From NCBI GenBank assembly GCA_019828565.1, contig JAHDYR010000019.1:179984-243983 (forward strand): a stretch of DNA of 64,000 bases. Direction: 5' to 3'. A program made the translations under genes and the position numbers. Shown here one piece after another: positions 21,142 to 30,538 of this stretch. Origin of the DNA: Carpediemonas membranifera BICM. Taxonomy: Eukaryota; Protista; Fornicata. Position 1 is the first letter of the stretch, and every line of letters starts with the position of its first letter. The notes beneath the pieces are model-generated. The model was given only the letters and a program-made list of their open reading frames with translations. It ran no database searches and was not told the DNA's origin.

Positions 21142-23984
21142 CTACTCGTCGTTATACTTGTCCATCACAGTATTATAGACGTGTTCCAACGATGTCGTCG
21201 TCACGCTCCAGTCGGCCACACCAGATTCTGGGGGGAGAGTCATCATGGCACGCAGGACCTTCGACGTGCGGTGGTCGGGCGGGACGTGGAGCGTGGCCAC
21301 AGAACCCACGATGGAGGAGATCGTCGCGTCCAAATCGGCCATAAACTGCGCGACTCCAGCTGCCACGGCCCTTGGGTCGCGGCCATAGTTTGTCTCCAGC
21401 GTCACCCTGAGACCGCCTCCGAAGCGAGTCTTGAGCCTGTTTCTGGTGCCGACTGCGCGAAGCTTGCCGGTTGCCATGATGCCCAATCTGTCACAAATGG
21501 CCTCAGCCTCCGCCATGGAGTGTGTGGTCATGAGTACGGCTCTGGACTTCTTGATCTTGCGGAGCACCGCCCAGATCGACTGCCGTGTGGCTGGGTCGAG
21601 ACCAGTGGTTGGTTCGTCCAGATAGAGCACTTTAGGGTCGCCGCAGAGGGACTGGGCGAGCGATAGACGACGCCGCATGCCACCGGAGAGATGCTTGGCG
21701 CGTGCCCCGGTTGCGTGGTCGAGGCCGACGTCGAGCAGGCGGGCCTTAGCGTGCGACCGTTCCTCGAGGGGAGATACGCCCTTGATACGTGCAAAGTATA
21801 GTATATGAGCCATACACGATAAATCGTGGTAGTACACGTCGAACTGGGGGGTGACGCCGAGGATGCTGTGCAGGTGAGCCCGGGCGGCGGCATTGAGGAT
21901 GTCCTTGCCGTCGACAACGGCGCTGCCAGACGTTGGCGGGAGTAGGCCGCATAGCATGTTGATAGTGGTGGTCTTGCCTGTGTAAATGGTTGGGTTTGGT
22001 ACAAACCTGCGCCGTTGTGGCCGAGGAGGCCGAAGCACTCGCCCTGCCGAACTGTCAGATACAGTCCGCGCACGGCATGATGTGCCGGTGCAGACCGAGT
22101 GTCGCCCCTGAACGTCTTGTGGAGCCCGATAACCCGCACGAGCGGCTCGGGCTCGTCGAGCTTGCCCTGGGCCCTGTGCTTCTCCTCGAGGACGTCCGGG
22201 TCCGTAATACGGTCGGCTGTCTCGTCGATGTCGTACGGCACCCCCGACCCCGGCATCGCCAGGTCGATATCAGGATATGAACTTGTCGGGGTGTCGAACA
22301 TGTCGGATCGGGAGTCGGTGGACATCGTGTCGTACGAGAGCGTCGACTTCAACAGGGGCTGGGTGGACGTGGGGGCGGTGGGGGAGAAGGCGTCGAACTC
22401 GGGGGAGCGGGTGGTAGTCTTGTTCGAGAGGTTCTTGACCTTGGAATACGCTATTCTGCACCAAGCCCAGATTGTGGAGATCGTCATCTTAAACGGTCTG
22501 AGCAGCAGTGTCCACTTGCTATCCCACACGGAGTCCACCCACAACGCCCCCAGTACGAAGGCAGCGCCCCATATGAGCGAGAGCACGAGCATGCCAGTAC
22601 AGCCGGCGCCATTGGCTTCAAAAAGCATCGAGGAAATCGTTGCACCGGGATTGCCGATCATCACTTGGTTTGAGAAGGCGGTCATGACATAAAAGATGGG
22701 GAATATAGGAGTCAGGGCGTATACATACCATGGGGCATGGTACGTAAATAGCACGGCATTTGCGATAAATATGAGGATGACAAGGATAAACGTGACAACA
22801 GGGGCGACTCTCGGCGACCGTACCAGAGTCGACACGATGAACGCCGTGGTCGACTGGGCGATCCCGAGGAGAGAGAGGACAAAGAACATTAGGAGCGGCG
22901 AGTTCGACCTGAAGTACGGGATGTGGGCGACGAAGCCGAGCACGACCACAATAGCGACGACCAGGGCGTTCACAAGGGCATGGTGGGTGACGGTGGCGGC
23001 TATGAAGGCAGACTCGCGGAGGCCGCTCATCTTAGCGTAGTCCCGCATGCCGTTGGCCTTCTCTGACGAGAGCGAGTGGACGAAATATGGGATGAGGAGT
23101 ATGAAGGCCAGGGGGTAGACATACACGCCGAGCTGCTCGATGAGGAGAACAGAGTGGGCAGTCGACACGTACGGGAGCGACTGTGATGACCCGGTGACCA
23201 CAAAGTCCTGCGCATTGTCATACATGTATCTGACCATAGCTGTTGTCAACAGATCCATGTGATCTTGGACGAGCATGAGCGTATCTTCCGCGATCCAGAG
23301 CGTGTCGGGGACCTGCACGGTAAACTGCAGTGCTGGGCTATCGATAGTCTTTTTGAAGTCGTCAATGTGGAGCGACGACGTCGGTATGTGCTGCCTAGCG
23401 TCCCAGTCGGGATCCTTGGCGTGCTTCTTGGTCTCGGAGACGAGCGCCTTGAGTGCCTCCATGAGCATATCGTCAACATCTGTCTGTGTGTCCACCACCT
23501 GTGTCTGGGGCCATGTGTGCAGGTGCGGGTCTGACCAGCGTATGCGGCGCTTGACGTTGCCCTCGGGCCCGTCCAGCGTGGCGAGGAGGCCTGTGGCGTT
23601 TCCAAAGTGATCGTGCAGGTAGCCGATGTCAACGCCGTCTGCCTGAGTCAGGAGGATCGTCGAGAGGTCCAGGTTTGCCGCGATCTCGTCCGACATGGGC
23701 TTGCTGTTGTGGTGGAAGTGCTGCACAAGGGGCCCCTGGTTCTTACTCAAAACACGGTTGAGGAGCGCCATGAGAAGAACCATGAGGATAGGAATAGACC
23801 CCTGAATGAGGAAACTGTGTTAGAGAGGGGCGCTGGAACACACCTGAGGAAAGAGACGCGCAGAAGATGGAGGTCCTTGATTACGACGGCCCGGAACTGG
23901 ATAAGCGACAAGTAGGAGGGAACATACCTGTAAGAGCCATATCGGCACCTTAATTTGCCTTAAGCGGCTCGACGTCGGCGCCAT
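21142..23984 (-). CDS. ABCA-family half transporter (introns 23897-23927, 23815-23843, 21978-22006)
   Basis: Walker A GHNGAG|KTT split by a 29-nt intron, LSGGMRRRL, YLDEPTTGLDP, TTHSMAEAE; TM domain; two 5' introns restore MAPTSS...FRAVVIKDL. Confidence 0.9.
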
Positions 23985-24147
23985 TGTCTCTTTTGCGAAC
24001 CAGGAGCCCAATTCTGCTCGGCCGACCCAGGGTGCAATGAGGATCGGCTGGCTGTCATACGGCTCATTATCGCTAAATCCGCGCCCGATTCGTCGTTTAT
24101 TCCTCGGCGTGCGTCTAAGCTTCCATTGTAATCAACTCCGAACAAGG

Positions 24148-24780
24148 TCACGCCTTACAGGATGAGGCCAGCTCGCGCACATTATCGAAAGCCGTCCGCA
24201 GGTCCTCGCGGCTCTTGGCGTAGACCGACACATTGCCCGTGGCGAAGAGGTTGGTGGTCGCCCCGTCCGGGTCCGACCACTTCGAGTTGACTGCGTCCTG
24301 GATCTCGGGTGAGTAGTTACTGATGACGGCGTACGACTTGTAGAACTGCGCCAGGTCCACCCTGAAGCCGATGTTTCCCTGTCCATTGACAGAGGTGATC
24401 TTGGGCGTGGTGATCACCATCTTGCGGTACTCCTCGGACTTGCGGAGCTTTCCCTTGAGGTAGTCGGTCACTTTTCGAGGTTCTTCCTCGTTGCGGCAGC
24501 CGAGGATGGTCCCCTTGCCCGACTGGAACAGACGAACGGTGATCTTCGTTCCTGAAGGGATCATCGGGAGATGCTTGTTACCAATATCGATTTGCATGGC
24601 GGGCGAAGGCTTACGGCCAGCGTTCTCTGAGAACTTGGGGTTGTAGTCCGAAGATAGGCCGAGCTGCTGCAGAGACTGGCTCAAGCTCTTCAGTCCGTCC
24701 CTAGAGAACTTCTGGGACTTCACCTTGAATGAAGCAGCAACAGTGGTCACTCGAACGCTTCCTTCAGTGGTGTCACCCAT
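24148..24780 (-). CDS. Divergent TATA-binding protein (TBP-like)
   Basis: Two TBP repeats: YNPKF...LFQSGKGTILGCR and VDLAQF...YSPEI...LFATGNV. Confidence 0.8.
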   Translation of the reverse strand: MGDTTEGSVRVTTVAASFKVKSQKFSRDGLKSLSQSLQQLGLSSDYNPKFSENAGRKPSPAMQIDIGNKHLPMIPSGTKITVRLFQSGKGTILGCRNEEEPRKVTDYLKGKLRKSEEYRKMVITTPKITSVNGQGNIGFRVDLAQFYKSYAVISNYSPEIQDAVNSKWSDPDGATTNLFATGNVSVYAKSREDLRTAFDNVRELASSCKA

Positions 24781-25032
24781 CTGGCGTTGTCTCAAGAGTT
24801 CAGGATGTGCACTTTATGTCAGCTACAATGCGCGGACCGTTGCGAGACAGCCGCGATCTCCTTAAGGAAGTCGAGTGACTGCCAGAGCCGAATCCATCAG
24901 CGCCCAACGCAAACGGACGCACCTCCGGGGTTGCTAGCCTTCTTTGACTTCACTGCCAAGGGCGATGCGCAGTTTATAGTCAACAGAGTGTGATATTTAG
25001 AGGTTTATGTGGAGGATTCATGTAAAGGTGAC

Positions 25033-25239
25033 TTAAGCTGTCGACCCCCCTGGGATGAACTCCAGAGGACTGAACAGGTTCAGTCTGACGGCCCACCTGT
25101 CGTACACCAGAAGGGTAGCGGACATGAGGGCGTCGGCGATGGTAAGGGCGACGGTTCTGGGCGGGATCTTGGTTCTCGCTCCAGCAGAAACTAGGAATGC
25201 GGCAGCTTTGGACGCGCACATTGGGATGTTGGAGCCATC
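25033..25239 (-). CDS. Possible small hydrophobic protein; start uncertain
   Basis: ORF ...TKIPPRTVALTIADALMSATLLVYDRW... with host-like C-ending codons; no recognised homology. Confidence 0.3.
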   Translation of the reverse strand, partial: DGSNIPMCASKAAAFLVSAGARTKIPPRTVALTIADALMSATLLVYDRWAVRLNLFSPLEFIPGGSTA

Positions 25240-25310
25240 CGGCCGCGGATTGATCACAGTTTAGAGTCGAGTCGCGTCCGAATTGATGCGGCGAGAGGCT
25301 GCTCTTTTTT

Positions 25311-25467
25311 AGGAGGTCCGCACCACCACTCGGCCCCTTGTGGCCGAGCGGGACCACATCTGGTCCCTTGGTAGGTGGGCCCCGCGCCAGTAAATCCTTC
25401 CCCTCGACATAGCGCAGTTGGCCTGACTTGCATAAATAGCGACTCGCCCGACAGCCCAAGACCTCCT
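25311..25467 (-). ncRNA. Unassigned 157-nt structured element (candidate ncRNA, structured 3'UTR or tiny MITE)
   Basis: Ends AGGAGGTC/GACCTCCT pair; internal hairpins GGGACCA-GATG-TGGTCCC and GCTCGGCC-ACAAGG-GGCCGAGT closed by CACCTACCA/TGGTGGTG; G-U pairs favour the - strand. Confidence 0.4.
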
Positions 25468-25487
25468 TAACAACGTAAAGTGCCCGT

Positions 25488-26516
25488 TTAGTCCTTATAT
25501 CCAGCGGGGTGGGCCTGGTGCCACCTCCATGCGCTCGCGATGATGTCATCCATGCTATCATGCTCCGGCCGCCATCCCAAGACGCTCTTCGCCTTCACGC
25601 TGTTAGCAACGAGCGTAGGGGGATCCCCAGCCCGACGGGGGGCCAAGTCGTACGGAACCTCCCGCTGCGTCACGGTCTTGGCAGACCCAATAACGTCCAT
25701 GACGGAGAACCCGTTGCCGTTGCCGAGGTTAAACTGACCAGAGAGATCGTTATGGATCATCCACGCGAGGGCCTTGACGTGGGCCTGCGATAGGTCCATG
25801 ACGTGAATGTAATCGCGGACACAGGTCCCGTCGGGCGTCTGATAGTCGTTGCCGAAGACCTTGAGACGGCCGCCGCTGCCCTGGATGGCCTTCATGACGT
25901 TGGGGATGAGGTGCGTCTCGGGCGAGTGATCCTCGCCGATATCACGGGTCGGGTGTGCCCCGGCGGCGTTGAAGTACCTGAGGGCAACGTATTTCAGCGT
26001 CGATGACGGCGACTCGCTCGCCCAGTGAAGCATGCGCTCGATAGCCAGCTTCGTCTCACCGTAGGGGTTCTTAGGGGCCTTTGGAGTGTCCTCGGAGATT
26101 ATGTCTACCTCGGGGTCTCCGAATATAGCCGCGGTACTCGAGAACACGATGTAGTCAACACCGTTCCGCCCCATGGCCTGGAGGAGGCTGATGGCGCCGC
26201 CGACGTTGTTATCGTAGTACTTGAGGGGGTCGATGACAGACTCGCCAACAAGGGAGTCCGCGCAAAAGTGCATTACCGCGACGGGCTCGAAACGTTTGAA
26301 CGTCTTATCGAGCAAGTCCCCATCGCGGACGTCTCCCTTGACGAATGCGACGTTCTTGAGGCCGACAATAGACTGCTTGTGGCCTTTGTACAGACTGTCG
26401 TAGACGACGACGTTGTACTTGTTCTCAACAAGGTCAGCAACCACGTGAGAGCCAATGTAGCCTGCTCCTCCGGCTACAAGGATGGTTTGCTGGTCAGGAT
26501 CCATTTCCACTCGCAT
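25488..26516 (-). CDS. galE: UDP-glucose 4-epimerase
   Basis: GGAGYIGSH, FSSTAA, YGETK (YxxxK), LRYFNAAGAH, DGTCVRDYIHV. Confidence 0.95.
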   Translation of the reverse strand: MRVEMDPDQQTILVAGGAGYIGSHVVADLVENKYNVVVYDSLYKGHKQSIVGLKNVAFVKGDVRDGDLLDKTFKRFEPVAVMHFCADSLVGESVIDPLKYYDNNVGGAISLLQAMGRNGVDYIVFSSTAAIFGDPEVDIISEDTPKAPKNPYGETKLAIERMLHWASESPSSTLKYVALRYFNAAGAHPTRDIGEDHSPETHLIPNVMKAIQGSGGRLKVFGNDYQTPDGTCVRDYIHVMDLSQAHVKALAWMIHNDLSGQFNLGNGNGFSVMDVIGSAKTVTQREVPYDLAPRRAGDPPTLVANSVKAKSVLGWRPEHDSMDDIIASAWRWHQAHPAGYKD

Positions 26517-26735
26517 TTCGGTTGTTGAAACGAAGGCGTAGGAGAAGATGCTTCCAAGCCAGACAATCATGACGACTAACCCGACAGTGAACTGCGTGAG
26601 GACTGAAAAGGATGCATACGAGTGTCTTTTCTGGGGAGTCGGTCAGTAGACGGAGAAATGGCGACGTACCTTTCTCCATTTGTCCGTTCGAGGTTTTGAA
26701 CTGTCAATGTGCAGGCTAAGAGGTACTAAGAACAA

Positions 26736-26774
26736 GTCTGGGAGGTTCGAACAATGTGTTTATACTGCGCAACA
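26736..26774 (+). repeat. 39-bp terminal direct repeat (left, copy 1)
   Basis: GTCTGGGAGGTTCGAACAATGTGTTTATACTGCGCAACA; 38/39 identical to 27532-27570. Confidence 0.9.
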
Positions 26775-26917
26775 CTGCCCTGGCTCCCTCCTACTCACGT
26801 CTGACAGACAGATCGTCTTCTCCAGGGCTTCCACAAAGCGTCTTCTTCGTGGACGTCAGCACAGCTGCAAACATCACAATCGCACACGTCGTCTCATTGT
26901 CTTCTATTCCACATTAA

Positions 26918-27490
26918 ATTCACTTCTACACTTGTATAGTTCGCCAGAAGCACTTCGCCCGCTGCGGCCAACAGTTGGCTCGGGAGTTCGGTCGCCACCA
27001 TCCCATCGCCACCCCCATTCGCCTGAAAGTCTTCTACGGGAGCTCGGGATTCACCACGCCTGCTGGTATGTTCATTCCTTGCGCGCCATATCGAAAGTTC
27101 GCGAGAGAGATAGTACCCCTTCTCAAGAGGTATAACATTGTCGTCGATCTTAACATGGTTAACGAGGACCGCACCACCGTCGTCTGCCCTCACTGCCACG
27201 CCCCCTACAAGCGAGTTCGTCCGCGTGATGACCAGCACGTTCACCCACAACGTGTGATGCTCTGCGAAAATCCACAGTGCCGTGGTGCTCAGTGGCGCGC
27301 AACAGTTCCTGATGCTCTGAATGTTGATCATCGGGACAAGAGTGCTGCAGAGAACATCCTGTGGCGTTCTCTTGCCACGGAAGATGAGCTCGGTCGCTCT
27401 CCGTTCAGTCGCACCTCGATCCCGCGCCTTCCAACATCATTCCAGTATCATCAATTGGCTAACCGCCAACATTCGTCTACGGACGGATGA
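26918..27490 (+). pseudogene. 5'-truncated Fanzor (TnpB-family) nuclease
   Basis: VFYG (RuvC-II position), [29 protein letters not shown] (RuvC-III), RSPFSR; in-frame TAA upstream, no RuvC-I/WED/REC. Confidence 0.82.
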
Positions 27491-27570
27491 TGTTGTACAG
27501 TTTGGCACTTTGATCGTTCCTTTCAGGCCCTGTCTGGGAGGTTCGAACAATGTGTTTACACTGCGCAACA
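27430..27570 (+). ncRNA. Putative Fanzor omegaRNA scaffold, copy 1
   Basis: Hairpins TTGGC/GCCAA, ATTCGTC-TACG-GACGGAT (UNCG loop) and an 80-nt hairpin 27491-27570 with G-U pairs ending at the element boundary. Confidence 0.65.
27532..27570 (+). repeat. 39-bp terminal direct repeat (right, copy 1)
   Basis: GTCTGGGAGGTTCGAACAATGTGTTTACACTGCGCAACA. Confidence 0.9.
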
Positions 27571-27673
27571 GTTTAGTTCTTGCCGACCTGGCCGTGTACA
27601 CACCCAGCGCCAGGCCATCCCCAGCCCACCATCACCACCACGATTACCTCATCAAACATAAAATTTACGGGTC

Positions 27674-29182
27674 TTAGCTGCGAGCGCGCTTGCCATTCCC
27701 CATCGCCGATGAAGGTCCACGCTTCCCGGCATTGGCGGTTGGAATACGGGACCCGGCGCCCTTTCTGGGCAGCGTCTTCACCTTCTCCGCCGCATCTGCA
27801 CTCTGCCTCACCGGCGCCGTCCTCTCAGCGAGCGGCACCCGCTTGTTGGACGTCTGAACGTCATTGACCACAGAATCAAGATACCCTTCGTCCCCAAACA
27901 TGAATGTCAGCCCCTGGGCCTCGTACTCCTTGATCAGCACGATCAGCTTCTTGTTGATCCTGGGCAGGTCCTTCTTCAGGGTATTCCGGAACTTCTCCTC
28001 CCGCAGCAGACGGCCCGGGTCTCGCTTGGTGAGCCGGGCCGGGTCCGCAGAGTTCTTCTCGAACTGCTCCTTGTCCCTGAGGATTTTTTCTCTCTTGCCC
28101 ACCAGGTCGAGGATGGGAAGCACGGCCTCTACGCGCTGGTTGAACGCCTCCTCGACCTCCTTCAGCTTGTATAGCGCCTCTTCGCTGCAATCCGACTCTG
28201 CCGGGAGGTCGCCGCCTCCGTTGATCTGATCGTTGCCCTCGAGCGTCTCCTTCAGTCCAGCAATGGTCTCGCGGTGTGCGGCACAAAGCTCTGACAACCG
28301 CTCGATCTTCTGGGCGTTCATTTCATCCTTCTTGGTCACGAACGCAGCCACGCCGGCCTCGGTCAGGTCAGTCGGCTTGGCAGGGACCTCCTCCTGCAAC
28401 AGTCCTGCGATCTGGCACACCTCGCTGTACGTGTCGTCGATGACCTGTTGGCGGCCAGCCTTAACCTGCTCGAGGCCGGCGACGAGCTTCTCTAACGCCG
28501 GGATGAGTCTTGGAACGATCTCGACAGTACGGTGCTCCTTCAGGATAGGGTGGATCGTCTCGGCCTCGGGAACCTCGCTGCTGAACTGTTCGAGGTTGTC
28601 GATACCAAGCTCGGCCTGGAGCGCGGTCAGCGTTGTCGAGATCTGGATTGCAGTTTCGGTCAAGTGGGCACGCCTCTCAGAGGCGTCCTTGTGTGCCGCC
28701 TCGAGCTTGCTGAGTCTGCTGAGGCTGAGATCTGTGGTGCTGGCAAGTTCTTCTGGGAACTTCTCGCCAAGGTCGGCGACGGCTTGTTCGAGGGCGAGCT
28801 GCACGGCCTCCAGCTGCGCCGAACGCTGGGAAACCTTCTCCTTGGTCTCAGCCAGAAGAGTTTGCGTCCTCTGCAGCTGATCTTTGAGTGTGACTGTCTT
28901 ATCGCCCGCGAATGACAGGTCGATGACCTCCTCACCGAGTTGCGCGAAGAGATCTCTAATGGTTTGGCAATTGGACTGGATATCCTCTACATGCTTGTCG
29001 CGGTTGTCTTCCTGTGCGGATGCAAAGATGTCGAATTGCTCTCTGAGGCCGCTTATCAAGTTTGTCTCAATCTCCCGGCTTACCTCGTCCTCGCTAAGGC
29101 CCAATGAGGTCCAAACCGGCGCTAAACGTTCCAGAAGAGTGCCTGTTTCGGTTTCTATGACTGCTTTAATCGTCTCAGCCAT
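27674..29182 (-). CDS. MAP65/Ase1/PRC1 microtubule-bundling protein
   Basis: Coiled-coil rod, VWTSLG, conserved DPARLTKRDPGRLLREEKFR...LPRINKKL. Confidence 0.88.
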   Translation of the reverse strand: MAETIKAVIETETGTLLERLAPVWTSLGLSEDEVSREIETNLISGLREQFDIFASAQEDNRDKHVEDIQSNCQTIRDLFAQLGEEVIDLSFAGDKTVTLKDQLQRTQTLLAETKEKVSQRSAQLEAVQLALEQAVADLGEKFPEELASTTDLSLSRLSKLEAAHKDASERRAHLTETAIQISTTLTALQAELGIDNLEQFSSEVPEAETIHPILKEHRTVEIVPRLIPALEKLVAGLEQVKAGRQQVIDDTYSEVCQIAGLLQEEVPAKPTDLTEAGVAAFVTKKDEMNAQKIERLSELCAAHRETIAGLKETLEGNDQINGGGDLPAESDCSEEALYKLKEVEEAFNQRVEAVLPILDLVGKREKILRDKEQFEKNSADPARLTKRDPGRLLREEKFRNTLKKDLPRINKKLIVLIKEYEAQGLTFMFGDEGYLDSVVNDVQTSNKRVPLAERTAPVRQSADAAEKVKTLPRKGAGSRIPTANAGKRGPSSAMGNGKRARS

Positions 29183-29293
29183 TGTCCGCCCGAATTTCTG
29201 CGTGGTTTTTGGTTCTTCAACCATTAACATTCCTTCGCCGTAAAGCACGTAAATTCAATATTTTTGCGGTCGAACGAATTTAACAGCCAGCTA

Positions 29294-30538
29294 TCACCCA
29301 GTAAGACTGAGAAGGTGCCCCAGTGCCGTCTGGTACACAGTCACGTAGTACCCGATCTCTCCACGCCGGTCGACGTCGCTGAGCAGCGTGTCCAGGACGG
29401 CATGGGCAGACATCGCTCGACTGAGACCCGACCTAGCAATCACAAACGTCAGAACAGGCAAAAACTCGTCTGCTGACACATTCTGCATGCCAATGGCCGC
29501 GGCCCTCGTGTAGATGGCCCGGACGGCGTCCAGGAGCGCGCCGCGCATCAGGGCTGCGTCCATTCCATTCAAAGCCCCGTCCAGACGTCGCATAGCAGTG
29601 ACTGCGGTGGCATACCCGGCTGGATCAATCATGGTCGCAGCGACGTCCATTGCCTCCTGAGCAATCGCGACATCGCCAAAGGCCCGGATGGCCCTGTCCT
29701 GTGTCTCAAACTCACACACAAGCTGCGCGTTGAGTGGGTTAGTAAGAGGATGGACGATTGCTGAGAATAGACTTCGTTCGACGACGTCCGCGATGGCCAC
29801 AGGAGCTACTGGGGTCCCGAACTGCTCTGGCACGATCTGGTACTGACGTAACGCGTCTGTGTCGCAGTTTGTGAGGATGTGGCGCTTGACCTGATCGATA
29901 AAGCGTCGCACAGCCGCGCCAGTTTCAGAAAAAGAAGCGCCAGGTTTGAAATTTGAGATATATGCCTTAATCGTGAATCCCAAGTCTTGCGTGCGATCGT
30001 AGACTAGCGCATCGACCTCAAGTCCGATTCTTGTGTCCTCACAGCTTCCCGTCAGCTGCTCGAGTTTTCGCCGTCGCTGCAATGCAATCCGAGCTTCGTC
30101 GGAGATTCCCAATGGCGGAGGTGGTTTCGGCGAACGTTGCGCCATTTCGATGGCCCTCTGGGAGTTCTCGGTGTCTGTATGCTGCTCAAGATAGGTCCTG
30201 AGCTCGCGAACGATCACGGCTGATGTTGGTGCCTCGTAGTTGTAGTCGTGGAGTGAATGAAAGGTAATTGTGAAGTGATGAGTGTCTACAAGGGTTATTT
30301 GCTTGATGTCGGTGAAGGGAATGTGCCTTTTGACGACATCTGGCTTCTTAAGATTAAACAACCCACTGTCTGTGATTCGGAGCAGCCTTTCCTGCTTTCT
30401 GCCACGTAGATTGGTCTTTCGCACTTCATACTCGGCAAAAGTACAGCCGTGCTGCTGCCTTGGTGATTCCATTAATTCCATTTGAGGTGCAACGAGCAGC
30501 TTTAGCTTGAGCATCATACAGTTTGCTTGCGGCTCCAT
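29294..30538 (-). CDS. VPS9-domain Rab5 GEF with N-terminal PH-like domain
   Basis: SADEFLPVLTFVI, GEIGYYVTVYQTAL; N-terminal VRKTNLRGRKQERLLRIT; start uncertain. Confidence 0.85.
   Translation of the reverse strand: MEPQANCMMLKLKLLVAPQMELMESPRQQHGCTFAEYEVRKTNLRGRKQERLLRITDSGLFNLKKPDVVKRHIPFTDIKQITLVDTHHFTITFHSLHDYNYEAPTSAVIVRELRTYLEQHTDTENSQRAIEMAQRSPKPPPPLGISDEARIALQRRRKLEQLTGSCEDTRIGLEVDALVYDRTQDLGFTIKAYISNFKPGASFSETGAAVRRFIDQVKRHILTNCDTDALRQYQIVPEQFGTPVAPVAIADVVERSLFSAIVHPLTNPLNAQLVCEFETQDRAIRAFGDVAIAQEAMDVAATMIDPAGYATAVTAMRRLDGALNGMDAALMRGALLDAVRAIYTRAAAIGMQNVSADEFLPVLTFVIARSGLSRAMSAHAVLDTLLSDVDRRGEIGYYVTVYQTALGHLLSLTG

Larger units (their letters stand above)
26736..27570 (+). mobile_element. 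Non-autonomous Fanzor-carrying element, copy 1
   Basis: Near-identical inverted copy at 43594-44434 with unrelated flanks; 39-bp terminal direct repeats; internal Fanzor/TnpB fragment. Confidence 0.85.

Noticed and set aside
26736-27570. 39-bp repeats as a CRISPR array
   Set aside because: Only two repeats per locus, about 800 bp apart, with no spacer series or cas genes.
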